Positions 47,575-55,561 of a stretch of DNA of 64,000 bases are shown here, piece after piece. The DNA is taken from the NCBI GenBank assembly GCA_035604455.1, contig DATNIM010000135.1, forward strand, positions 723 through 64,722, given 5' to 3'. The position numbers and the translations under genes were made by a program. The DNA is from Gemmatimonadales bacterium. GTDB lineage: Bacteria > Gemmatimonadota > Gemmatimonadetes > Gemmatimonadales > GWC2-71-9. Under the pieces are notes generated by a model, which did no database searches, had not been told where the DNA came from, and saw nothing but the letters and a program-made list of their open reading frames with translations. How positions within the stretch are numbered: the stretch's first letter is position 1; every line of letters begins with the position of its first letter.

Positions 47575-47666
47575 CGGCCTGAACGAGTGTGTTAGGACCG
47601 CGAGCGGCAGAGCGCGGTTCGTCGCGAGGCGTGCGGGTGTCGATGGCGGCTCGCCGGGCGCCCGGG

Positions 47667-48155
47667 CTACAGCTTGAGCACCACCGCGATCTCGTCGCAG
47701 CAGTTCTGCCGCGGACAGCGGGTGCAGTCCGCCCATACTTTCAGCGGAAAACGCTCCCGCTCGGACGGCACAAAACCGAGCGCCAGAAAGAACGCCGGTT
47801 TGCGGGTGAGCGCGAGAAGCTCGTCGAGCCCGGCGGCCCGGCCTTCGGCGATGATCGCCTGCGCAATCGCGCGGCCGAGCCCCGCCCCCTGGTACACCGG
47901 CAGCACCGCGAGCGCCGCGATTTCACCCAGCTCGCGCGAGTAGACCTTGAGCGATCCGCACGCTACGACCGTGCCGTCCGGCGCCGCGGCCACGACATAT
48001 TCCCTTATGTGGCGGCAGAGGTCGTAGTCGCTGCGCGGAAGCAGGTCGCCCGTGGCGACATACGGCGCCATGAGCGCCTCAAGCTGGGGCACGTCGCTGA
48101 GCCGCGCGGGGCGAAGCGTGACCGCGCCTGCCGACCGAGGGACGCCGATCGCCAT
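47667..48155 (-). CDS. GNAT-family N-acetyltransferase (short N-acetylglutamate-synthase-like)
   Basis: Acetyl-CoA motif VLPVYQGAGLGRAI. C-terminal KVWADCTRCPRQNCCDEIA Cys cluster. Sits in the arg cluster. Confidence 0.8.
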   Translation of the reverse strand: MAIGVPRSAGAVTLRPARLSDVPQLEALMAPYVATGDLLPRSDYDLCRHIREYVVAAAPDGTVVACGSLKVYSRELGEIAALAVLPVYQGAGLGRAIAQAIIAEGRAAGLDELLALTRKPAFFLALGFVPSERERFPLKVWADCTRCPRQNCCDEIAVVLKL

Positions 48156-48160
48156 CGTGC

Positions 48161-49324
48161 TCAGGCCAATACCTCTTCCAAAATGTCCATGCCCCGCGTG
48201 AGCTCCGGGACGGTGATCACGAGCGGCGGCAGCAGCCGCACAACCGACGGCCCCGCCGTGGCGACGAGCAGCCGCCGCTCTCGGGCGGCGGCCACGACCG
48301 GCGCGGCGGGCTCCGCGAGCTCAATCCCCCACATCAAGCCGCGGCCCCGGACACCGCGCACGCGGGGCGTGCGACGGGCGAGCTCTGCCAGGCGCTCGCC
48401 GAGCCACGTGCCTACGCGCCGGACCGATGCGAGAAACTCCGCCGCACCGATCGTCCGGACGACGTCGAGGGCGACGCTCGCCACGAGCGGACCGCCGCCG
48501 AACGTGGTCGCATGGTCTCCGGGGCTCAACGCGGCCGCGACGTCGTCTGTGAGCAGCACGGCGCCCATCGGCAGCCCTCCCGCCAAGGGCTTCGCCAGCG
48601 TCACCATGTCGGGCCGGACGCCCGTCTGCTCGTAGGCGAAGAGCGTGCCTGTCCGCCCTAGTCCGCACTGGACTTCGTCGAAGATCAGCGCCACGTGCCG
48701 TTCGTCGCAGATCGCCCGCAACCAGGCGAGCCAAGCCGGGTCGATCGGGTGCACGCCGCCTTCCCCCTGGACCGGCTCGATGATCACCGCGGCCGTGCGC
48801 TCGGCCGAGATGCCGCGCTCGGCGGCGGAACGGTCGCCGAGCGGCAGAATCGCGATCTCGGGAACGAGGGGCTCGAACGGCCGGCGGTAGTCCGGGCGGT
48901 CGGTTGCGGCCAGGGAGGCGAATAGCCGCCCGTGGAAGGAGCCGGTGAACGCGACAATCCCCGGCTTTCGCGCCCACTTCCGGGCGAACTTGAAGGCGGC
49001 CTCGTTCGCCTCGGCGCCGGAATTGCAGAAGAACGCCTGGTCGGCGCACGAGCGCGCCACGAGCTCCTCGGCCAAGCGCTCGCCCGGCTCAGAGCGGAAC
49101 AGGTTCGAGATGTGGACCAGGCCCGTCGCGAGGGCGCGTTCTATCGCCCCGCGGATGACGGGGTGGTTGTACCCCAAGGCGTTGACGCCAATGCCGGCGA
49201 CGAAGTCGAGGTAGTGCGTGCCGTCCTCTGCCACGAGCTCGCAGCCTTCGCCGGCTGTGAAGAGCTGGCTCGCGCGGGTATAGACGCCCAGGAGCGAGTT
49301 GCCGGTTGCGGGAGTCGCGGTCAT
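48161..49324 (-). CDS. argD: Acetylornithine aminotransferase
   Basis: The internal ATG at 49324 overlaps the argB stop (ATGA). Motifs GSFHGR, DEVQCGLGRTG and TLAKPLAGGLP. Confidence 0.92.
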   Translation of the reverse strand: MTATPATGNSLLGVYTRASQLFTAGEGCELVAEDGTHYLDFVAGIGVNALGYNHPVIRGAIERALATGLVHISNLFRSEPGERLAEELVARSCADQAFFCNSGAEANEAAFKFARKWARKPGIVAFTGSFHGRLFASLAATDRPDYRRPFEPLVPEIAILPLGDRSAAERGISAERTAAVIIEPVQGEGGVHPIDPAWLAWLRAICDERHVALIFDEVQCGLGRTGTLFAYEQTGVRPDMVTLAKPLAGGLPMGAVLLTDDVAAALSPGDHATTFGGGPLVASVALDVVRTIGAAEFLASVRRVGTWLGERLAELARRTPRVRGVRGRGLMWGIELAEPAAPVVAAARERRLLVATAGPSVVRLLPPLVITVPELTRGMDILEEVLA

Positions 49325-50088
49325 GCAGGCTGCGCGGCGGCGGCCACAATGCGGGTGCCCGCCAGTGAACTGTCGAACAACGTCAGGTCGCCGATCCGCA
49401 CCGCCCGGGCGCCACCGGCAAGCGCACCCGCGGCCGCCCGCAGCTTCGCCGCCATACCACCCGTCGCGACGCCTGTGGCGATCAATCCTTCTATCTCCGA
49501 AACCGCGAGCTCCGGATGCGCGACGCCTCGCACGCGCACGCCGGCGACGTCCGAGACGAACAGGAGCTCCTCCGCCTGCAACGCCGCCGCCACGGCCGCC
49601 GCCGCGTTGTCCGCGTTGACGTTGAGCGGCACGGCATCGGCCCGCCCCGCCTCGGGGGCAAGCGGCGCGATGACCGGCGTCAGCCCCGCTCGAAGGAGGC
49701 TCTCGAGGAGCGCCGCACGCACGACGGCGATGTCCCCCACGTGGCCCAACACCTCCGACACGCGATGCCCTTCGAGCAGGCCCCCGTCGGCACCGCACAA
49801 GCCGACCGCGTCGATGCCCGCGTCGCGGAGCGCGCCGACGACCTGCCGGTTCACGGGGCCGGCGAGCACCATCTCGACCACCGCGGCGATCTCAGGCGTC
49901 GTCACCCGCAGGCCGTCCCGCTTTTCCGCCGAGAGCCCGAGACGTTCCGACATCGCGGAGATCGCACGCCCACCGCCGTGGACCACCACCAGGGGCTCGG
50001 ACAGGGAGAGCGCGCGCGCGCAGCTCTCGAGCCACCCCGGCCGATCGAGCTCGTTGCCGCCGATCTTCACGACGCGCACGTCTAGCAT
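49321..50088 (-). CDS. argB: Acetylglutamate kinase
   Basis: Internal ATG at 50088 (MLDVRVVKIGGNEL). Motifs VVHGGG, NVNADNAA and GGMAAKL. Confidence 0.92.
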   Translation of the reverse strand: MLDVRVVKIGGNELDRPGWLESCARALSLSEPLVVVHGGGRAISAMSERLGLSAEKRDGLRVTTPEIAAVVEMVLAGPVNRQVVGALRDAGIDAVGLCGADGGLLEGHRVSEVLGHVGDIAVVRAALLESLLRAGLTPVIAPLAPEAGRADAVPLNVNADNAAAAVAAALQAEELLFVSDVAGVRVRGVAHPELAVSEIEGLIATGVATGGMAAKLRAAAGALAGGARAVRIGDLTLFDSSLAGTRIVAAAAQPA

Positions 50089-51038
50089 GCGAGTCCCGTC
50101 GTTTCCGGCAGGCCCAACATCACGTTCATGTTCTGGATGGCCTGGCCCGCGGCCCCCTTCACGAGGTTGTCGATTGCCGCGACCACCGTCAGGCGCGGCC
50201 GCCGCACGCCGGCGACGGCGACGACGCCGATCGCCACGCGGTTGCGGTACACGACGTCGCGGAGCGCGGGCAGCCGGCCGTTCGTGATCTGGATGCACGG
50301 CTCGCCCGCGTAGGCCGCCTCGAACAGGCCTTCGGCCCCCGCCTGGTCCAAGGGGTCGGTGAGAGCGATGTGAATGGTCTCGAGAATCCCCCGGCGTACC
50401 GGGAGGAGATGCGGGGTGAAGACGAGATCGCCCTCGAAGCCCGTTTCCCGCGCGAGTGTCGTCCGCACCTCGGGGAGATGGCGGTGCGTATTGCCCGCGC
50501 TGTAGGTGCGGAAGTCCTCAGCCACCTCGCCGAAGAGGAGTTCGCGCTTCGGGGCCCGCCCCGCACCCGTGACCCCCGAGGCGGCGTCGATGATCACGGC
50601 TTCGTCGGCGACCAGGCCGCGGCGCGCGAGTGGAATCAGGGCCAGCAGGGCGGCGGTCGGATAGCAGCCCGGGTTCGCGACGAGATCGGCACCCGCCACC
50701 CTGGCGCGCGCCACTTCGGTCAGCCCGTACACCGCCTCGGGGCTGAGCCGGAAGTCGGCCGACAAGTCGACCGCCCGCGGACCGGCCGCGCGCACTGCGT
50801 GCACGTATCGCGCGGAGACGCCGTGCGGCAAGCAGGAGAACACGACCTCGGCGCGCGCAAGCGGCGCGTCCGCGAGCCGCACCAAGCGGTGTCCTTCCAG
50901 CACCTCCCCCGCCGCCGTCTCAGCGGTGGCAAAGGCAACCGAGGCCCCCGGATGTTGGGCCAGGAGCCGCAGCAGCTCCTGTCCGACATACCCGGAGGCC
51001 CCGAGGACGCCCACAGGGACCGGTGCATGAATATTCAT
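50082..51038 (-). CDS. argC: N-acetyl-gamma-glutamyl-phosphate reductase
   Basis: VGVLGASGYVGQELLRLL, and NPGCYPTA (active-site Cys). Confidence 0.93.
   Translation of the reverse strand: MNIHAPVPVGVLGASGYVGQELLRLLAQHPGASVAFATAETAAGEVLEGHRLVRLADAPLARAEVVFSCLPHGVSARYVHAVRAAGPRAVDLSADFRLSPEAVYGLTEVARARVAGADLVANPGCYPTAALLALIPLARRGLVADEAVIIDAASGVTGAGRAPKRELLFGEVAEDFRTYSAGNTHRHLPEVRTTLARETGFEGDLVFTPHLLPVRRGILETIHIALTDPLDQAGAEGLFEAAYAGEPCIQITNGRLPALRDVVYRNRVAIGVVAVAGVRRPRLTVVAAIDNLVKGAAGQAIQNMNVMLGLPETTGLAC
51027..51038. promoter_or_regulatory. Perfect 12-bp palindrome ATGAATATTCAT covering argC codons 1-4; candidate operator
   Basis: Seen directly. It contains TGAAT/ATTCA half-sites, lies immediately downstream of the TATAAT box, and is AT-rich in a GC-rich genome. 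Confidence 0.35.
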
Positions 51039-51049
51039 TCGGTCGAGAA

Positions 51050-51078
51050 ATTATACGGACGCCAGAACCCTCGGGCAA
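51050..51078 (-). promoter_or_regulatory. Sigma-70-like promoter TTGCCC-17-TATAAT for argC; -10 ends 11 nt before the ATG
   Basis: The minus strand reads acccTTGCCCgagggttctggcgtccgTATAATttctcgaccgaATG. Confidence 0.55.
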
Positions 51079-51082
51079 GGGT

Positions 51083-52138
51083 TCATTCGACCTTTGCGAG
51101 CCGTGGGCTGGGTCGATACGATCGCCCGACTTTGGCGCACGGTTGCCCCTCGACGCGAACGACGTCGGCCGTAAAGTCGAAGCGCCCCTGGAACAAGCTC
51201 GACCCCACGCCGTAGGCGTCGACGGGCACGCCCAGCTCCTCGAAGCGGCGGATCTTCTCCACGGTGAAGCCGCCGGAGACCACGATCTTCACGGCGGCGA
51301 AGCCCGCGCGGTCGAGTGCCGACCGCACGTTCCCGACGAGCTGCGGATTCACGCCGGTCGGCTTGAAGGTGCCCATCTCCGGAATCACCGATCGGTCCAC
51401 GAGCGTCTCCGCGGTGTCGAGCCGGACTCCATAGAGCCGCGCGCCAAGTGCGCGCGCGACGGCGAGCGACGTCTCCACGCAGTCGTTGTCAAAGTCCACG
51501 AGCGTGATCAGGCGCACGTCGGGCGACATGGTGTCGGCAAACTTCCGGGAGGCGAGCACGGTGTCCCCCCCATAGGCCGCGATCAGCGCGTGTGGCACGG
51601 TGCCGATCCCCTCCGAGCCCCACCACGAGGCTTGGGCGTCCGTCGAGACCCCGATCGCGCCGGCGATGTGCGCCGCGTACCCGTCGCCGGTCTGGACGAG
51701 CCAGTGATCGTGACGAGCCGGGAAGAACATCACTTCCTTTGGCTTCGCCGCGTCGACGACGAGTCGAGTGTTCGTGCCCACGCGGGTCCGCCGCGCGAGC
51801 ACGCCGAGGTACAGCGTCTCGAGATTCGCGAAAGCGTCGTACGGCCCCTCGATGAGCAGCACCGTCTCCCAGGGCTCGATTGAGTCGCCGTCATACAGCG
51901 CGCGCACCTCCAGCTCGTCCCAGCGCTCGCTGCAAAGCTTGAGAATCGCGATCGCCTCGTCGATCCCGCCGAGGAACGCCCGTGACTTGGCGAAGACCTG
52001 CATCGTGACGCTCGGCCGGTGCCGGTCCTTGAGCAGCACCTCGCGGGCCCGGACGAAATACTTGTCGGAGTAGTACCCGGCCCGCATACGCTCCACCGGC
52101 AGGTGGAAGATGGCGGGATCGAGTCGCGTGCGGCCCAT
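51083..52138 (-). CDS. Nicotinate phosphoribosyltransferase (archaeal/Thermus-like type)
   Basis: Internal ATG at 52138 (MGRTRLDPAIFHLPVERMRAGYYSDKYFVRAREVL). Central GTVPHALI and LDT motifs. Confidence 0.88.
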   Translation of the reverse strand: MGRTRLDPAIFHLPVERMRAGYYSDKYFVRAREVLLKDRHRPSVTMQVFAKSRAFLGGIDEAIAILKLCSERWDELEVRALYDGDSIEPWETVLLIEGPYDAFANLETLYLGVLARRTRVGTNTRLVVDAAKPKEVMFFPARHDHWLVQTGDGYAAHIAGAIGVSTDAQASWWGSEGIGTVPHALIAAYGGDTVLASRKFADTMSPDVRLITLVDFDNDCVETSLAVARALGARLYGVRLDTAETLVDRSVIPEMGTFKPTGVNPQLVGNVRSALDRAGFAAVKIVVSGGFTVEKIRRFEELGVPVDAYGVGSSLFQGRFDFTADVVRVEGQPCAKVGRSYRPSPRLAKVE

Positions 52139-52155
52139 GAGCCGAATATCGCCGC

Positions 52156-53025
52156 TCAACGCGCGACGGGCCACGCGAAGACGGCAACCAGCGTGTCGCG
52201 CGCCGACACGGGAAGCCGGTGGGCGACCGTGTTTAACCGCCCACATACGGTCGAGGCGGGCACTGCCGACGCCGGATCGGTGACGCGCAGGCACACGCGA
52301 TCGACGTCGAGGTCAAGCACGCTGTCGGCGAGCGTGGGAACCGCGGAGCCGCGCGCGAGCCGCACATCCAACGCCCGGGCGGCGCCACGGCCCAGGACGA
52401 ACCGCACGCGGCTGCTGGGTCCGTCGACGGCGAGGTCGAGCACTTCCGGGGCGCTCGTCGAGTCCCCGCGCACGAGCATCATCCGCACCTGTGCGCGGCG
52501 CGGGGGCAGTACGGCTTCCACGGCGATCGCGACCGAGGAGTCTGCCGTCTCGTAGCTCTCCTCGGGCGATGTCTCCCCACCGACGTACGCGCGTGTCGCG
52601 ACAAGCGTGAGCCACACCGCATCCGCGCCCTCAGACCCCGGACCGAAGGGATAGAGCCGCACGGACCGCCCCCAGGGAACCCGCACCGCTCGGCGATACG
52701 CCTCTTCCTCCCAGATCGGCAGGCCGCGGCGCGAATGGCCGGCGCGGCGCCGTGTCACGAACGCCCCCGTCAGGGCGACCGTGTCCTCGTCGCTCGTCGC
52801 GCCGACGATTCCCTCGAGGACCGCGGTGTCGGTTCGCACGGAGAGGCGGAGCTCGGTCGCCTCGGGCCCGCTCACGGAGCCGGCCGCGACGAATCGGGTG
52901 TGCCCGCCTGAGCGCGCGAACACCCGCACCGTGTAGGCGACCCGGAACCCCGGAGCTTGGGCCAGCGCGGTCGCCGCGACCATCGCGCCCGTAAGTGCGC
53001 GACTACTCGACCACGAACGCGGCAC
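52156..53025 (-). CDS. Hypothetical secreted beta-rich protein
   Basis: Signal-like ALTGAMVAATALAQAP and high GC3. It overlaps the upstream zf-HC2 gene by up to 23 nt. The ATG at 52983 is an alternative start. Confidence 0.55.
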   Translation of the reverse strand: MPRSWSSSRALTGAMVAATALAQAPGFRVAYTVRVFARSGGHTRFVAAGSVSGPEATELRLSVRTDTAVLEGIVGATSDEDTVALTGAFVTRRRAGHSRRGLPIWEEEAYRRAVRVPWGRSVRLYPFGPGSEGADAVWLTLVATRAYVGGETSPEESYETADSSVAIAVEAVLPPRRAQVRMMLVRGDSTSAPEVLDLAVDGPSSRVRFVLGRGAARALDVRLARGSAVPTLADSVLDLDVDRVCLRVTDPASAVPASTVCGRLNTVAHRLPVSARDTLVAVFAWPVAR

Positions 53026-53344
53026 GCGATGCCTCCCAGCGGAGCGAGCCGGGGGCGCCCCAATGCGCGTTCGCGAGCCACCCGAGCGCCGCCCCGGCGG
53101 TCGCCGCCGCGGCGAGCCATGCGACTAAACGCCGAGTGCCGAGAACGGGCCTGGGCACGGTCCGCGCCTGCGGTTGCCCGGCCGCACGCGCGAGCGCGGC
53201 CCGAAGCTCGAGGTGACTCGCCCGAGCTCCTGCACAGGCCGGGCAGCTGGTCAGGTGATGGGCGAGCGCCGCGCGCTCGGCGAGCGTCAGTTCGTCATCG
53301 AGCTCGGCGTCGATCTGTTGGGCCCAATGCGCGTGATCGGTCAT
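53003..53344 (-). CDS. zf-HC2 (anti-sigma-like) single-pass membrane protein
   Basis: HHLTSCPACAGA (H-x3-C-x2-C) and TM LVAWLAAAATAGAALGWL. Its start abuts the GT2 stop. Confidence 0.7.
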   Translation of the reverse strand: MTDHAHWAQQIDAELDDELTLAERAALAHHLTSCPACAGARASHLELRAALARAAGQPQARTVPRPVLGTRRLVAWLAAAATAGAALGWLANAHWGAPGSLRWEASRAAFVVE

Positions 53345-54124
53345 CTAGAGCTCCTCCCTCACCTGGTAACGGAGGCGGCGTCGTGCAAGCCAGCGCACGC
53401 CCAGCGCATCGACCAGGGCACGCACGGCCCGATTCCGCAGGCCATACTTCGTCCGGCCGAAGCGACGGGCCCGATGCCGCACCGGGCACTCGACCACCTT
53501 CCCGCCCTGGAGCCTGATCAGGGTCGGCAGGAAGCGGTGCATGCCGTCGTACAGCGGCACGGATCGAAGGACGTCGGCGCGGAACGCCTTGAGGGAGCAC
53601 CCCGTATCACGAACCGAGTCCCCCGTCAGCCCATTGCGGACCGCGTTCGCGACGCGGCTCTGCACGCGCTTCCAGACCGAATCCCGCCGCTCGAGACGGT
53701 ACCCCACGACGGCGCTCGCACGCTCGGAATCAAGCGCTTCCAAGAGGATCGGGATGTCGGCCGGGTCGTTCTGCAAATCCGCGTCGAGAGTCACGATCAC
53801 GCGCCCTTTGGCCGCCCGACTCCCGGCCGCCACCGCGGCCGTCTGGCCCGCGTTGGCGGCAAACGCGATGATGTGAAGCTCGGGGTAGAGCCCCTTCAAG
53901 TCCTTCAGCGTCGAGAACGACCCGTCGGTCGAACCGTCGTCCACAACCACGACCTCGTACGTGCGACCCGCGGCTTGCAGCACTGCCGCGAGTTCACCAA
54001 GCAGGGTCGCGAGGCTGTCCTCCTCGTTGTAGACCGGTATGACTACGGACAGCTCGGGGCGCCCGATTGTCCGTAACGACAGACTCTGGGGCTTCGGGGT
54101 AAGGGCGGAGGCGGAGGTGGGCAT
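53345..54124 (-). CDS. Family 2 glycosyltransferase, polyprenyl-phosphate sugar synthase type (DPM1/ArnC-like)
   Basis: Internal ATG at 54124. Motifs LSVVIPVYNEEDSL, VVVDDGSTDGS and LDADLQNDP. The upstream 285 codons of the listed ORF are not protein-like. Confidence 0.9.
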   Translation of the reverse strand: MPTSASALTPKPQSLSLRTIGRPELSVVIPVYNEEDSLATLLGELAAVLQAAGRTYEVVVVDDGSTDGSFSTLKDLKGLYPELHIIAFAANAGQTAAVAAGSRAAKGRVIVTLDADLQNDPADIPILLEALDSERASAVVGYRLERRDSVWKRVQSRVANAVRNGLTGDSVRDTGCSLKAFRADVLRSVPLYDGMHRFLPTLIRLQGGKVVECPVRHRARRFGRTKYGLRNRAVRALVDALGVRWLARRRLRYQVREEL

Positions 54125-54224
54125 GCGGTTCCCCACGGTTGTGTCGCGGCATGCGGTAGACCTTGGGCGAGGGTCCGCCGACCTCACGCGCGGAACGTAG
54201 ACGGGCGACACGCGGCTCGGCAAG

Positions 54225-54253
54225 TTGACACGCTTCGCGCCGTTTGCTAGAAA
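54225..54253 (+). promoter_or_regulatory. Sigma-70-like promoter TTGACA-17-TAGAAA, 9 nt upstream of the GTG at 54263
   Basis: Perfect -35 hexamer with a 17-nt spacer. Confidence 0.5.
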
Positions 54254-54262
54254 GCGACCACC

Positions 54263-55489
54263 GTGCGCCACGACCCGAGGTCGTTTCGGGCGTTCCCCAT
54301 GCGAACACTGCGGCTCTCGGCGCCCCGTCGCGCGTTGAATCGCAGCCGGCGCGCCGCGCTCGTGGCCCTCGCGATGGTGGTCGCGGCCGTCGTCCCGGCC
54401 TCCCTCCGCGCGCAGGGGGGCTGGCTGACCAATCTGTATCCCTACGCGTACTACAGCGGCATCGACGGCTGGTGGGGCGGAGGTCATTACGCCGTGACGA
54501 GTCCGGTTGCCGCTCCGGACCGTCCAGAGCCCTACGCCGCCGATCTGAGCCTCGATGCGAGCGGCAGCACCGCGGGGAGTTACCACTTCGTCGTCGGCGC
54601 CCGTGCCCCGGCTTACTGGCCCGGCTGGCGCGCGGCAATGACGCTCACCGCAGCGCGGGACAATCGCCTCGGTTTCTACGGGCTCGGGAACGACACGCCC
54701 TTTTCCTCGGACAGCGCCACCGCGACGGCTCCCTACTTCTACCGCGTCGCTCGGACGTATGCATCCGTGCGGGCCATCGTCGCACGCCGCATGACCGGCC
54801 CGGTACGCGTGTTCGTGAGCGCGACGGTCGAGCGCACGACGTTCCGTCCACTGGCGGGGCCGAGCGTCTTCGCGAGCGACCTGGCACGCGGGGCCGAAGG
54901 CGCGACCGGAGCGCCGTTCACTGACCGCGCGATGCAGGGCGGCATCGCATTCGACACTCGGGACGATGAGGTCGACCCGCATAGGGGCGTCCTAGTAGAA
55001 GGAGCGTTCGGGGGCGGCACCGGCTACACCCGCACGACCGCGTTCGCGCGAGCCTACGCACACCCGACGGCGCGGTGCGTCGTGGCTGCGCGGGTTGAGG
55101 GGCAAGACCTCGGGGGCAGCCCGCCCCTCGCGAGCGAGGTCACGATCGATGAAGGCGAGCAGGAGTTCTTGACGCTCGGCGGGTACCAGTCCCTCCGTGG
55201 CTACGACGACGCGCGGTTTCTCGGCACCGGGGCGTTGCTCGGCGGCCTCGAGGTACGTTACGCCGTCGTCCGGGCGCCGAGCGTCCTCGAGCTGAAGATT
55301 GTCGCTTTCTATGACGCGGGTCGTGTTTTTGGCCCGGGCGAGGGGTGGCGGCTTACGACCGCCGAGCTCCACCACGCAGCAGGCGGCGAGCTCGCGCTCC
55401 GGTTCCTCCGCAGGACGCTCGTCATCGCGGGCGTCGGGGCCGGCGCCGATGGGGCGCTGTTCTTGTTCGGCACGCAGTGGAGCTTCTGA
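54263..55489 (+). CDS. Outer-membrane beta-barrel protein (Omp85/surface-antigen-like barrel)
   Basis: Signal ...ALVALAMVVAAVVPASLRAQG, alternating beta-strand pattern, and C-terminal ...LFLFGTQWSF. Start is the GTG at 54263 or the ATG at 54299. Confidence 0.75.
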   Translation: MRHDPRSFRAFPMRTLRLSAPRRALNRSRRAALVALAMVVAAVVPASLRAQGGWLTNLYPYAYYSGIDGWWGGGHYAVTSPVAAPDRPEPYAADLSLDASGSTAGSYHFVVGARAPAYWPGWRAAMTLTAARDNRLGFYGLGNDTPFSSDSATATAPYFYRVARTYASVRAIVARRMTGPVRVFVSATVERTTFRPLAGPSVFASDLARGAEGATGAPFTDRAMQGGIAFDTRDDEVDPHRGVLVEGAFGGGTGYTRTTAFARAYAHPTARCVVAARVEGQDLGGSPPLASEVTIDEGEQEFLTLGGYQSLRGYDDARFLGTGALLGGLEVRYAVVRAPSVLELKIVAFYDAGRVFGPGEGWRLTTAELHHAAGGELALRFLRRTLVIAGVGAGADGALFLFGTQWSF

Positions 55490-55561
55490 CGGCGCCCCGC
55501 GCGTCCCTCCGACGGCGCCGGCTGTGGGCGGCGCCATCAGGGCGCGTTAGATTCGCGGACC

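Noticed and set aside
48932-50287. A 451-aa plus-strand ORF opposite argD/argB, and the N-terminal extensions of the listed argD (to 49798), argB (to 50298), GT2 (to 54982) and pncB (to 52294) ORFs.
   Set aside because: The extensions overlap the upstream gene, are Arg/Pro-rich, and begin before the conserved N-termini of these families. Internal ATGs give canonical N-termini and ATGA-type junctions.
51024-51041. A canonical 18-bp ARG box at the argC start.
   Set aside because: The TGAAT and ATTCA half-sites are directly adjacent, without the four central A/T bases. When aligned on the palindrome centre, the 18-mer matches the E. coli-type consensus at only a few positions. I kept it only as a generic palindromic operator candidate.
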